A DNA stretch of 63,893 bases, filler included, from Chrysochromulina tobinii (taxonomy: Eukaryota), in the NCBI GenBank assembly GCA_001275005.1. It is 6 parts of 6 records of this genome, joined end to end, with 100 filler letters (N's around TTAATTAATTAA, not from the genome) between each part and the next. Parts side by side here need not be neighbours in the genome. Positions count along the whole stretch, not along the records: positions 25,203 to 51,480 come from JWZX01000242.1; positions 51,581 to 57,989 come from JWZX01000243.1; 4 more parts are not named here. The stretch is one strand, 5' to 3'. Below, piece by piece: positions 46,138-56,830 of this stretch. The first letter of the stretch is position 1. The number at the start of each line of letters is the position of its first letter. The notes below the pieces were generated by a model that had not been told where the DNA came from, made no database searches, and saw only the letters and a list, made by a program, of their open reading frames with translations. Position numbers and translations under genes: made by a program.

Positions 46138-48379
46138 TTACGGTCGATCCCTGGGTCGGGCGGTCGCGACATCAGGCGACTCCCTTTTAGGGGTAATTAC
46201 GCTCCCGGGGTCGCCCTTGTCCCTCTGCAGCGCCTCGAGCAGCCGACGCAGCAGCGTGGATTTGGCTCCCACCACGGCAAGCTGGCGGGCCCGGAGCTCG
46301 GCCTTGAGCTGCGGCACCGTGAGCTGAGTCACCTCGCCCACGCTTCGCGTCCCCATCGTTCGCAGCATCACGCTGCCAGAGAGCCTCGCGCCGCCGCGCC
46401 CGCCGCCGCCAAAAGCGCTCGGGCTCTCATCGTTGGGGTCGGCGGCGCCATCGGCGGCACTACCGCGAGAGCCGCCGTCTGGCGCGCCGCTCTCCTCGCT
46501 GCTGCTGCGTCGCGCGGAAGCTCGCTGCGCCTCTTTTGTCGCCAACTGCTCCTCTGCATACCGGTCCAGCTCGTCCTCGAGCATTTGGAGCAACGAGCCA
46601 TCGACGAGCAGCGCGCCGTCGCTCCGCCCCCGTTCCTGCCACGCCGTGCCTTCCTCACGTGTATCCACGGCCGCGCGGGCACTCGCCTCAATAGCAGCTG
46701 CTTCCTCGTCGTCGACGATGTCGTCATCGAACTCGTCGTCTACGGCCCAGGCGGTGGCGGCGGCGGCGGCGGCCGCGGTGCCTAGATTGGATTCGATGCG
46801 CTCGTCCTCGGAGCGCGCGGCAACGGCCTTGGACTGGACCACCACGGACGCCTCCGAGGGCAGCACCTCGCTTCCAGGCGGCACACCCACCGCAAACTCG
46901 GCCTCGAAGAGCTCCAAAAAGGGGGCGAGCCCGCCAAATTCATGATTAACGTAATCAGCGGCGGAGACGGCTCCAAGAGCGACCTCCCCCAGATGGGCCT
47001 GCAGCTGCGCCATACTACTCGTGCCGGCCGCGCACGTCTGCAAGTAGTCGTCAACGACTGTGCACAGGAAGCGCGCCATCGCGGGCCGCTCGTTGAGCAG
47101 CGATGGGTGGATGGGGGTGACCAGCTCGTCGAGATGGTCATCGAGCCACAGCACACCAAAGTCCTTCACGTTCGGCGGCCGGGTCTTCGTACTCCTTAGA
47201 GGCCGAGTCTCGCATGGAGCAGACGCAGACGCGCTTGCCCTTCTGGCGCGTCCGGACAAGCGCCGGGATGAAGTCGCGATCGCCCGAGACGAGGACGGCC
47301 ACGTCAAACGCGTTGGGCACCGTCGCGTAGTGAAGCATGTCGACGGCCAGCGCGATGTCGACGCACTTTTCCTGGCCACCAGCGAAGTCGCCTAGATGCA
47401 CCTCATAGTGGAGCTCCTGCATGGCGCGGAACATGCGCTGGCGCGGCGAGATGAGCTCGGCCTCGTCGGCACGGAACGACGAGAAGACGAGCACGCGCAC
47501 CACCTCGACCGCGCGCTGCGCATACGGCTGCGTGCGCATGAGCTCGGCCGACACGTGATCTGAGATGAGCTGGGGCAGGCGCGAGTAGTCGATGTGGTAC
47601 CGGTCGCCCCAGCCGTCGCCGTACCGCTGCGTGAGCTTGCAGTGCTTCCCGTTCCCAAACAGCTGGTAGTACAGCCACGTGCCGTCGATGAAGACCATCA
47701 CCTTGGTCGGGATGAGTGTGACGAGCTGCTGGACCATACCGCGCTCAATGCCGTCGGCTGCGCCACCGCTCCTCACTCGGCCGCCGCTGCTTCCAACGAC
47801 AGCGCGCCCCGCGCCTTGGATGTCATACGAGGACGCATACGACGCACCGCCGCTGCTGCATGCACCGCTCTCGCTGCCGGCGTACCCGTTGCTGCTCCTT
47901 GGGATGCCACTGCCTGTATCATACAACGGAAGAGCCCACGACGGCGGCGCCGGCGGCGACGCGAACTCTCCGGGTCGCTGCCTGCGGCTCGACGTGGATT
48001 GCCGTGGCGCACGCTCGCGGCCGCCGGGACGCTTGCCCTGCGAGGTCGCGGATGGCGAATTGTAAGCAGTAGCATCCAATTCGTCAATCTCGCCAAGGAA
48101 CGCGCTCATGCCCTCGGCCTCAGCCACCGCGATAGCTGCATCCTCCTCGGCGCGCAGTCCAGCGAAGATGCCATCGTATCCGGACGAGAGGCTGACGGCG
48201 TCCTCGTTCTCCTTGCCGAGAAGTCTCGCGCGGCGGCGCTCCTGCCGCCAATGCTCAGCATTATCTGCTGCTCCGCGCAGCAAAGGAACGGCTGCGCGAT
48301 GCGTCGACGCGCCTCCGACTGGTATAGATTGTCCACTGAACCAGGAGGTCACGGAGACGATCAAAGCACCTGCGAGCAT
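46138..48379 (-). CDS. NYN-domain ribonuclease + LOTUS/OST-HTH-like + SAP domain protein, with an apparent +1 frameshift at ~47173
   Basis: NYN motifs VFIDGTWLY, EKCVDIALAVDM, AVLVSGDRDF.P. Removing one base joins ...YEDPAA to NVKDFGVLWLDDHL in ORF 46138..47379, which ends with SAP LTVPQLKAELRARQL...G.K..LL.RL. Hydrophobic N-terminal leader. Confidence 0.8.
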
Positions 48380-48505
48380 GCCAAAGATAGCGTAGAAAAC
48401 ATTAGTTACAAAGCTCTCAATGGCCGCCCAGTCGGTCGAAACTGAATTGTTGTGTGGGGAATGCTGCTGGGATCTTTGGCGCCATTTCGATCACTCGGAC
48501 GGAGA

Positions 48506-49348
48506 ATGCGGAAGGCGTTCAATCGCAATCCTCGAGACGCTTTCACGGCGGACCAAAAGAAGATCCTCTGCGAGTTCTTTGCCCACAGCGCGCGACCTAC
48601 CGACAAGCAGGCGCAAGAATTGAGCGAGCAACTCGGCTTGACCACGCGCCAGGTCCAGGTGTGGTTCCAGAACCGACGGGCCCGCTTCAGTGATGAGGTG
48701 GCGAGGGGTACTGCCGGGAGGAGCTCTTTCTCAGATCCCGCGCACCCCTCGCTCGACGACCCTCCGCCGCCATCTCCGTCACAGCTGCAGGCTAATCAGC
48801 GGCCGCGAGCAGCCCGAGGTTGCAACAAGGCCGGCAGCAGCAGCAGCGAGTGCGGCGGCGAAGGCGCCGCTGGCAAAGGCCGGCGGCAACGGCTGTCGAT
48901 AGGCGCGCTCGCGCCCCACGTGGTCAACGTGCACGCCACGCCACCCATCGCCCGGACGCCTGAAGAAGAGCTCCCGCCGGAATGGTGGCAAGACGGCGAA
49001 GATGATTCGCGGGCCGCGGAGTTGATCTACACGCTCTTCGGCGGCAAGTTGAGCGCAGGGCTACAGAAGGACATCGAAGATTGGGTGGTGCGCGACAACG
49101 TGGTAGCTCGCGAGGCCTTCCCGCACGTCTCTTTCTGGAAGGAGCTCGACATTAGGTATCTTCGATGGTCGTGCGAGGAAGGCGGCGTCGCAGAGGCGCT
49201 TCGTAAGCTCAAGGCCGCGTTCGCCCGCGGCGAAGGCCACCTGCGCTACGTCTCCGTCGATCGCCAGGGCGAGCAGCGCCCGCGAGGGCGCCGCAGCGCC
49301 GCAGAGGAGGCGGGTCCAATCGAGCACCCCGTGCGGTCTTTGCGATGA
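48506..49348 (+). CDS. Homeodomain protein (non-TALE)
   Basis: RNPRDAFTADQKKIL...F.....P......L...LGL..RQVQVWFQNRRAR. Confidence 0.9.
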   Translation: MRKAFNRNPRDAFTADQKKILCEFFAHSARPTDKQAQELSEQLGLTTRQVQVWFQNRRARFSDEVARGTAGRSSFSDPAHPSLDDPPPPSPSQLQANQRPRAARGCNKAGSSSSECGGEGAAGKGRRQRLSIGALAPHVVNVHATPPIARTPEEELPPEWWQDGEDDSRAAELIYTLFGGKLSAGLQKDIEDWVVRDNVVAREAFPHVSFWKELDIRYLRWSCEEGGVAEALRKLKAAFARGEGHLRYVSVDRQGEQRPRGRRSAAEEAGPIEHPVRSLR

Positions 49349-49899
49349 GCGCGCACTAGGGCGCCTCGGCTCAGCAGACTCCGGACGAAGTTGGTCGTTG
49401 CACTCGAGTGCTGCGTTCATTCGATGCGCTAATTTGGCTCATCCCTCAAGCACCATCTTCTCTGAGATGGAGGCAGGCCGTTGCTGGGCGCCGGCGGCTG
49501 GCGAAAGGTGCAGCTGGCGAAAGGTGCTGCTGGCGACAGCTGCTGCTGACGGCGGCGCATTCACCGCCGCCAATGTATGCATGGCAGGAGGCAGGAGCAT
49601 GCTGGCGCGACCATGACGCATCGCATCAACACATCACATGTGTATCTCGTAGGTAGGGGCTGCGCGTCCAAGGAGGACGAGGATACCGGAACTGGCACCC
49701 GTACCACGGACCAGTAGATTTACCTCATCGTCCCTGACGCAGGCGGGTGTGTTGTATCTAGCCGTATAGCCCAGGATGGTACTTACTGTTTCAGTCGCCT
49801 GCGATGGATGTGGTCGGTGTGAACCCTTTCCGGACCGTGTGTTTGGTGTCGCCAAGAACTCTCGTGAGAACTCGAAGAGCAAAAATTTCGTCGCCAGCC

Positions 49900-51480
49900 A
49901 TGCCTTCCTACCCTAAATTGCCTCCACCCGCCTATGCGACCGCCGAGCCGCCGCCCACCTATTGGAACGCGCCACCACCCGTCTGGACTGGCGGCCACTT
50001 CTATCATAATCAGCCGATGGCTCATCCTGCCCCTGGTGGCAACGGCGTCTCCTGGGTGTCCATGCAGAGCCCAGAAGCGCGTAAGCCAATCGTCGCTTCA
50101 AAGCCTCGCGGTAAGCAGAGCGCGCCGGCTGCGCACGCCATCCCACCGCCTCCTGTACCTGCCAACAGGCAGCAGATGCCGGCGGCTATGGCGCCTGCGA
50201 CGTACAACGCATCGGCGGCGGCGCCAAGTCAGTTGCCGACAACAGCTGCTTCAACCTCGGCAGGCGTCAATCCATCCCTAGCGGGCGTCGACCCCGCGCT
50301 GGTGCGGCAACTATTGAACGAAAATGACTCTCTGTACCGCGAGAACGACGGGTTGCACATGCAGATGGCGGAGCTGCGACGGCAGCTAGCTGCGGCAGCA
50401 GACGAGGCGCAAAAGCTGCCGGCGCAGAAGCAGCAGGCGCAGAAGCCGCAGACTCGCAGCTCACCCCAAGCGGCGCCTTCCAAGACGGCCTCCATCTCGC
50501 CGCGGAAGGTGACGCTCGCGCCGGCGCGCCCTCCGCCTGTGGCGGTCCCAGCGACGCCCAAATCCGCGACAAAGCGAGTTGGCGCGGCGGCGGCGGCCAA
50601 TGATACCGAAATCGCGGAGCTCGGCGAGGAGGTGGCACGGCTTCGCGCGGAGGTCGGGGCACTGCAGCGGCAAGCGACAGATGAGCGAGCGGCACTTGAG
50701 CAGGCGAGGCGGCAGGTGCACGAGCAGCTGCGAGCACTGGCAGAGCTGCGGCAGGCGAAGGCCACCCTCGAAGTGGAATGCGAGGAGAGCCGCCAGCGCA
50801 CAGCGGAGGAGAAGCAGAAGGCTCAGCTATATCAACGCCAGTGGGAGCAGCTGCAGCGGCAGCAACAGACGGCAGCAGAGGTCGCGGGCGGTGGCGCGGC
50901 GGTGGCGATGGCAGCCGCAGCAACCGCCGCGATGAGCGCAGAACTAGCAGAGCTGCGCGCACGGCTGGCTGCTGCCGAGACGGAGGTGAAGGAGGTGCGG
51001 CGCACAGAGTCAGAGTCGCAGCGCCAAGTGGACGGTCTACACCGTGAGCTCGAAGCTCTGCGCACGCAGGCGGACGACGAGGCGGCGTTGCGGGAGGCGA
51101 CACTGCGGATGCAGGTGGCCGCCAACGTGCTGCTCTCGCCTGGTGCGGAAAGTGAGGCGGCCTCGCCTGGTGCGGAAAGTGAGGCGGCCTCGCCAGGTGC
51201 GGAGAGTGAGGCGGCCTCGCCTGGTGCGGAAAGTGAGGCGGCCTCGCCAGGTGCGGAGAGTGAGGCGGCCTCGCCTGGTGCGGAGAGTGAGGCGGCCTCG
51301 CCAGGTGCGGAGAGTGAGGCGGCCTCGCCTGGTGCGGAGAGTGAGGCGGCCTCGCCTGGTGCGGAGAGTGAGGCGGCCTCGCCTGGTGGCGCATCGCAGG
51401 GCGGTGAGGCCGAGGAGGAAGATACGGCGGAGGGCGAGGAGGGAGAAGATGGCGAGGAGGGGGAGGAGGGCGAGGAGGGG
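49900..51480 (+). CDS. Pro-rich/coiled-coil protein with (SPGAESEAA)n and acidic tail; 3'-partial
   Basis: The ORF is open to the contig end and has heptad-rich segments. Confidence 0.7.
51136..51388. repeat. 27-nt coding tandem repeat (~9.4 copies)
   Basis: tcgcc(t/a)ggtgcgga(a/g)agtgaggcggcc repeated. Confidence 0.92.
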
Positions 51481-51580
51481 NNNNNNNNNNNNNNNNNNNN
51501 NNNNNNNNNNNNNNNNNNNNNNNNTTAATTAATTAANNNNNNNNNNNNNNNNNNNNNNNNNNNNNNNNNNNNNNNNNNNN
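51481..51580. other. Artificial contig linker
   Basis: N-run with TTAATTAATTAA core. Confidence 0.98.
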
Positions 51581-52004
51581 CGGGCGGGCGCGCGGGGTCC
51601 GGACGGGACGGGCTGCGGCTGGTCCACGCCACGAAATAATATGGATACACGACCTGAGACGCGAGCTCACACAACGACGCACACGACGTGGACACACACA
51701 TGCACCCCCCCTGCACCAAACGAAAGTCTCTCTCGCCGCGCGGCGCGCGGGCTGCAGCGCGCGCGCCTAGCCCTATCAGGCCTCTCCACACTGCACCCTC
51801 CCCCCGCACGTGCCCGCCTCCTCACCGCAACCGACGGGCAAGCTGCCAGCCCACACGCTCTCGCCCGTGCGCGAGGCGCGGCCGGTCCACAAATAGCACA
51901 GCCCTCTCCTGGTCGTGTCCTCCGGCGGCCGTCCCCAACCGCCGCGGGGCGTAAGCGCCCGAGCGGGCTGTGTGAATACGCTGTGAATGCGCTCCTGCGA
52001 GCGC

Positions 52005-53000
52005 TCACGCGAGCGCGACGCGCTCATTCTCCATCATGGCGGCGACGGCGGGAGTGAGCGTCACGCCGCCCACCCGCTTGTACTCGCCCGGCTCGCACAC
52101 CACCGGCACCGAGTAGAAGAAGCCCTCGCCCATGCCGTAGTCGCCCGTGGCAGGCACACCCATCGACACCCATTTGCCGTCGGAGCCGAAGACCAAGGCC
52201 TTCATGTGCGCGACGACCGCGTCGGCGGTCAGGGTGGCCGGGGCAGGCCCCACCTTTGGCAGCGGCTCCTCCGTCACCTTGAGCGCCCACTTGCCGCCAA
52301 CAGTCGCGTGCGACACGTCAGCGACGCCCCTGCCCCACGCGATCACATTGGACACTTCGTGCGCAGGCACTTTGGCGGCGTCGGCGAGCGCCTTGGCGGC
52401 GGCGAGCTCGACGTGAAGCGTGACGGCCGTCACGGTCGCCTTGGTCGCCTTGGCGACCTTCGTGGCCTCAGCGCAGGACATCACCGCCACAAGCGCGCCG
52501 GCATCTGCGCCCGAAGCGTCGCCCTCGAGCGCGAGCACGTACTTGGCGCCCTTGACTCCGCCGGAGCTCACGCCCGCGAGGAGCGGGAATCCGCAGCCCT
52601 TGAGCTCCGCGGTAACCGCGTCATTCGCACCCGCAAGCACCAGGTTGACCGGCTGGTCGAGGCCGAGCATCTCGCCCGACGCGATGCGGAAGAGCACGCT
52701 GGCGCCGACCTCGGAACCGGCGCCGAGCACGGCGACGGTGACGGGCGGCTTGGCGGGCTTGGACTCGAGCATCGCCCACACCCACGCCATGTTGTCCGCC
52801 TTGACCTTATCGATGGTCGCGGCGAACGCCGGGTTGCCCTTGATCAGCGCGTCGACCTGGGAGTACGTGGAGGCGCCCGACTTGTCGACCGCCTCGCTGA
52901 TGGCCTTCAGCTCGGGGACGAGCGCCTTGACGCTCGCTGCCTTGATGGCCATCGTGCGCACGTGCGCGCGCGCGCTCAGGCGGACCGTCTGGGAAAGCAT
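52005..53000 (-). CDS. Degenerate MDH1-type malate dehydrogenase homolog (probable pseudoenzyme) with mitochondrial presequence-like N-terminus
   Basis: [41 protein letters not shown] and WVSMGV...G.YG..EG..YS.PV.C match cytosolic/bacterial-type MDH, but the substrate loop and catalytic D/H are missing. The N-terminus is Arg/Ser-rich and acid-free. Confidence 0.8.
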   Translation of the reverse strand: MLSQTVRLSARAHVRTMAIKAASVKALVPELKAISEAVDKSGASTYSQVDALIKGNPAFAATIDKVKADNMAWVWAMLESKPAKPPVTVAVLGAGSEVGASVLFRIASGEMLGLDQPVNLVLAGANDAVTAELKGCGFPLLAGVSSGGVKGAKYVLALEGDASGADAGALVAVMSCAEATKVAKATKATVTAVTLHVELAAAKALADAAKVPAHEVSNVIAWGRGVADVSHATVGGKWALKVTEEPLPKVGPAPATLTADAVVAHMKALVFGSDGKWVSMGVPATGDYGMGEGFFYSVPVVCEPGEYKRVGGVTLTPAVAAMMENERVALA

Positions 53001-53236
53001 GGCTCAGCGAAGTCCTGCTCAGACCCAAGAGGGCTGTGGCACTGTGAACGTGAAAAGATGAATTGCTAAGACGATCACCCCCCCCACTTGCGAAACCCAT
53101 CTCACCCGACGGAAAGCGTGCCCTTGATGCCCATCCTCTGACTTTCGAACTCGCCCATGAGCGGTCAGCTTCGTCGCTTGATTTCATCAAGAACGTCACC
53201 CGACTGTGCACCCCGACCGAGTCGCTCCCCAGACAA
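53001..53236. promoter_or_regulatory. Putative bidirectional promoter between the two MDH-family genes
   Basis: 236 bp between divergent ATGs at 53000 (-) and 53237 (+); positional inference only. Confidence 0.5.
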
Positions 53237-54372
53237 ATGCTGCGCGCTGCCTCCTCCTCGGCCCGCACCGCGTCGCGCGCGCTGACGACGGTGACCGCCG
53301 AGCGCGGCATCAAGGTGGCCGTGCTCGGCGCGGCTGGCGGCATCGGCCAGCCGCTATCCATGCTTTGCAAGCTCTCGCCGCTCATCGACGAAGTTGGCTG
53401 CTATGACGTCGTGGGCACGCCCGGCGTGGCCGCGGACCTGTCGCACATTCCCAGCAAGGCGAAGATCACGGGCAACCTGCCGTCGTCCGGCACCTGGCCG
53501 CCCTCGGGCAACAAAGGCCTCGAGGCCGCGCTCACGGGCGCCGACATCGTCATCATCCCGGCAGGCGTGCCGCGCAAGCCGGGCATGACGCGCGACGACC
53601 TGTTCAACACGAACGCGGGCATCGTGAAGACGCTCGTCGAGGGCTGCGCGAAGTTCTGCCCCAACGCTGTCCTCGGCATCATCTCCAACCCGGTCAACTC
53701 GACAGTGCCCATCGCGGCCGAGGTGCTCAAAAAGGCGGGCGTCTACAACCCGAAGAAGTTGTTGGGCGTGACGACGCTCGACGTGTGCCGCGCGAACACG
53801 TTCGTGGCCGAGAACCAGAACATGGACGTGAGCAAGCTCAACGTGCCCGTCATCGGAGGCCACGCGGGCATCACTATCCTGCCGCTTCTCTCGCAGGTGC
53901 CGTGTGCCAAATTGAGCGACGCCGACCCGAGCGTCGTGATGGCCTCTGATTGCCTCTGATTGGGCTTGATTGCCTCCCTCATCAGGTGCCGGGTGCCAAA
54001 TTCAGCGACGCCGACCGCGAGAAGCTCACAGTGCGCATCCAGTTTGGTGGCGACGAGGTGGTGGCGGCGAAGGCGGGATCGGGCTCAGCAACCCTCTCGA
54101 TGGCGTACGCGGGCTTCCTCTTCACCGAGGGGCTCATCAAGGGCATGAAGGGCGAGGATGTCACCATGTGCGCGTACGTGGAGAGCACGATCACGGAGGC
54201 GTCCTTTTTCGCGTCGCCGGTGAAGTTCGGCCCCGAGGGTGTGAAAGAGGTGCTCGGCTTCGGCACGCTCTCCGCGTACGAGAAGGTGTGGTTCGACAAG
54301 ATGATCCCGGACCTCAAGAAGCAGATCGCCAAGGGCATCGAGTTCGCCAACGCCAAGCCCGCCGCCGCCTAA
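53237..54372 (+). CDS. MDH2: Mitochondrial malate dehydrogenase; exons 53237-53896 and 53986-54372
   Basis: Presequence [72 protein letters not shown]; exon 2 has [22 protein letters not shown] phase-0 GT-AG intron joins the frames. Confidence 0.97.
53897..53985 (+). other. 89-nt GT-AG intron whose 5' part duplicates the downstream exon
   Basis: cag|gtgccg...cctcatcag|gtgccg; removing it restores a continuous MDH sequence (LLSQ|VPGAKF). Confidence 0.92.
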
Positions 54373-54482
54373 ACGCCCCGTCACCGGTGGACGTTATGTG
54401 GAGTGACCACAGTGCGCGCTTGGATCGGACGGCGCTTGAATCGGATGGCGCCGAGTTCGTGCCCGTGTGGGCGCCCCGAGCC

Positions 54483-54507
54483 AGAGAGAGAGAGAGAGAG
54501 AGAGAGA
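54483..54507. repeat. (AG)n microsatellite
   Basis: Run of ag dinucleotides 3' of MDH. Confidence 0.9.
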
Positions 54508-54652
54508 AGCGGGGCAGCTCTAGAGGCCAGCAGGCAAAGAGTACCTCCTGAACTAAACTTCCTTGTCAACTACTTTCTGCGGACTTTATTTCTTTGTGGT
54601 CGCGTGAGGTCATCTGCTATTCCCAAGCGCCCTCCGTCGCACCGCATCCGCC

Positions 54653-55639
54653 ATGGTGAATAACGAGCGTTTGAACCGGCTTCCCTCGCTCGCGACCCAT
54701 GTGCCCCGCCCACTATCGTCATGTATCCTGTCACCCGCCGCAGGCCGACGAGGACCTGCCCAGGCCCGAGGAGATCGAGGTCGAGTTTCAGGACCTCTAC
54801 CGCCATGATGAGGAGCAAGCCTACTGCACCTTGATGGCGCAAGACATCAAGTCGATCAATTTCCCGTGCGAGGAAAACTACACCGTCCGCCTCTGCGTAA
54901 GCCAAAGCCGCCCCAATACCCCTTCTTGGCACGCCAAGAGCGCTCACAGCGAGCCCTCCCGTGGCCCACATGCTCACAGAAGGAGCTGGTCACCTACCAC
55001 AACCCCAGCACACATCCGATGGGCTCGTTCGAGCTGATCGCATCGAACCGCATCCGCTCGGATGAGGAGACGCTCGGCGAGGTCTTCAACGGCCAGCCGT
55101 ATTACACGGACAAGGAGCCCGCTGAGGACCCCGACTTTGACTGGGTGCCGCGCAAGGAGCAAGTCTTCTCGGACAAGCAGCTGATGCAGCTATCGGTGTG
55201 GAAGAAGGAGTGGGACGACGATACGAACTCGTACGAGCCGATCGACCTCGGCTACAAGCCATACGGCTACCAGCAGACGCGCACCTGGAAGAAGCTTGGG
55301 TTCTTGGATGAGGAAGGCAAGCTGAAGTCGGAGGGTCAACTGATCGAAGAGGGTAAGGTCACAGACCCTGAGGACGTTGCCAACTACTACAAGAAGCAGG
55401 ATACGATCAAGGTGCTGCGGGAGGAGTACTGCTTCAAGCGCGCACATGCGGTCGAGTGCGTTAACGACAAGGCCCTGAAGGAGAAGGGCTCGGTCGAGGA
55501 GGCGCTCGAGTGGTTACGATTCCACAAGGAGAGGGATTTTGACGAGGCGATGGCGCTGAAGAAGAAGAAGGATGAGGGCGAGGAGATCACGGTGGTCGAG
55601 AAGGAGGATGAGGGCAAGGAAGAGGACTTCGACAAGTGA
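54653..55639 (+). CDS. Three-exon acidic protein, possibly with a ubiquitin-like N-terminus and UBA-like C-terminus (exons 54653-54655, 54744-54896, 54980-55639)
   Basis: GT-AG introns 54656-54743 (ATG|gtgaat...ccgcag) and 54897-54979 (gtaagc...cacag) join ORFs 54699 and 54866 in phase. The C-terminal L.E..F.R..A.E.......SVEEALEWL is UBA-like. Confidence 0.7.
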
Positions 55640-56036
55640 GCATCATGACCCGCTGGCTCAGGACGAGGCGGCGCGGTTTAAATGAGTGCGTTTCTGCCCC
55701 GCACCATTAGTACAGATCAGTCAGTTAGGGTTGCGTATAATTTTTCGAACACGGAAGGCTCGGAGTCGTCGGTCATTGTCGTCGGTGGGACTTAAGTTTC
55801 GACTAATCTCTAATGCAGTAGCTCACGCCACCCGGGAGGCACCAAAGCCATGGTTCGAAGCTCAAAAAGGCGCCCACCATCCGCACCGCGACGAAGGAGC
55901 GGACTGTAAGAGACAGTCGTGATGCTGGCGCGATCGCGAATAAAACATGAACAAACGACAAGTGCTCGCTTTTGCTCGCGTCTGAAACGCGATGCATGTC
56001 GGGCGAGGCGTTGGTGGGCATGCCTTGGAGACAGCC

Positions 56037-56449
56037 ATGCTTCAGGCGACCAACCTGTTCATGGGCGCAGCGGCGATGAGCAACCTGCTGATGAGCCCGA
56101 CCAGAGCACCAAGCAGGTCGCGTCACACCGCGTCAACGTCGACTTCAAGCTCTTGATCGATCATGTCTCGGCGCTCGAGTACGCCACCGAGTGTGCGACT
56201 TCTGAAGCTTACAACACCATCTTCACCGCGCAGGCCTCGTCGGCAGCGCCGCAGGCCCTGCAAGCTGCTACGACGGCGGTGCAGCCGCGTGAGGCCCTCC
56301 TTGCCGCCATGCCGTTACCATGCGAGCTCGACATCGCCCAACGCCCTGGCGCGAGCCCGCCAGGGTCTGAGAGAGAGCTCAAGCAGACGGAGGCGGACGG
56401 CCTTAAGACGGCCTCGGCCGGCGCAGACACAGCCGGCGCGTGCGCGTGA
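56037..56449 (+). CDS. Small hypothetical protein (3' part of ORF 55919..56449)
   Basis: Coding-like stretch HRVNVDFKLLIDHVSALEYAT; the start is not defined and no family is recognised. Confidence 0.3.
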
Positions 56450-56830
56450 AAGCCTGGGCTGCCTCGCCGCGTCCGAGCTGTAACTTATCGGAAGCTGTCT
56501 CCGAAAAAAGACTCCCGTGAGTGTGATCGGATGTAACGCGACGTAAGAGTTAGAGCAGCTGTAACCGATACACCGATTCCCCACGCGCGCACCATGCCCC
56601 GACGTGTCCGCCGCGAACCTCAAACGCCCACGCACCGCGTTCCACCCTGTGGCCAACAACATACGCAACACATCATGCACACAACGTTCCGTGGCACGCA
56701 GTCTGCGGTCTGCACGGGCGGAGTCCGGAGAGCTGCCAGGCACCACCCAGACCCACCTCGCACGCGGCGGCCCCTCGGCATGCGCCATGCGGGCCCGTCA
56801 GCGCGGCGTCGACACGTGCTCGGGCGTCGC

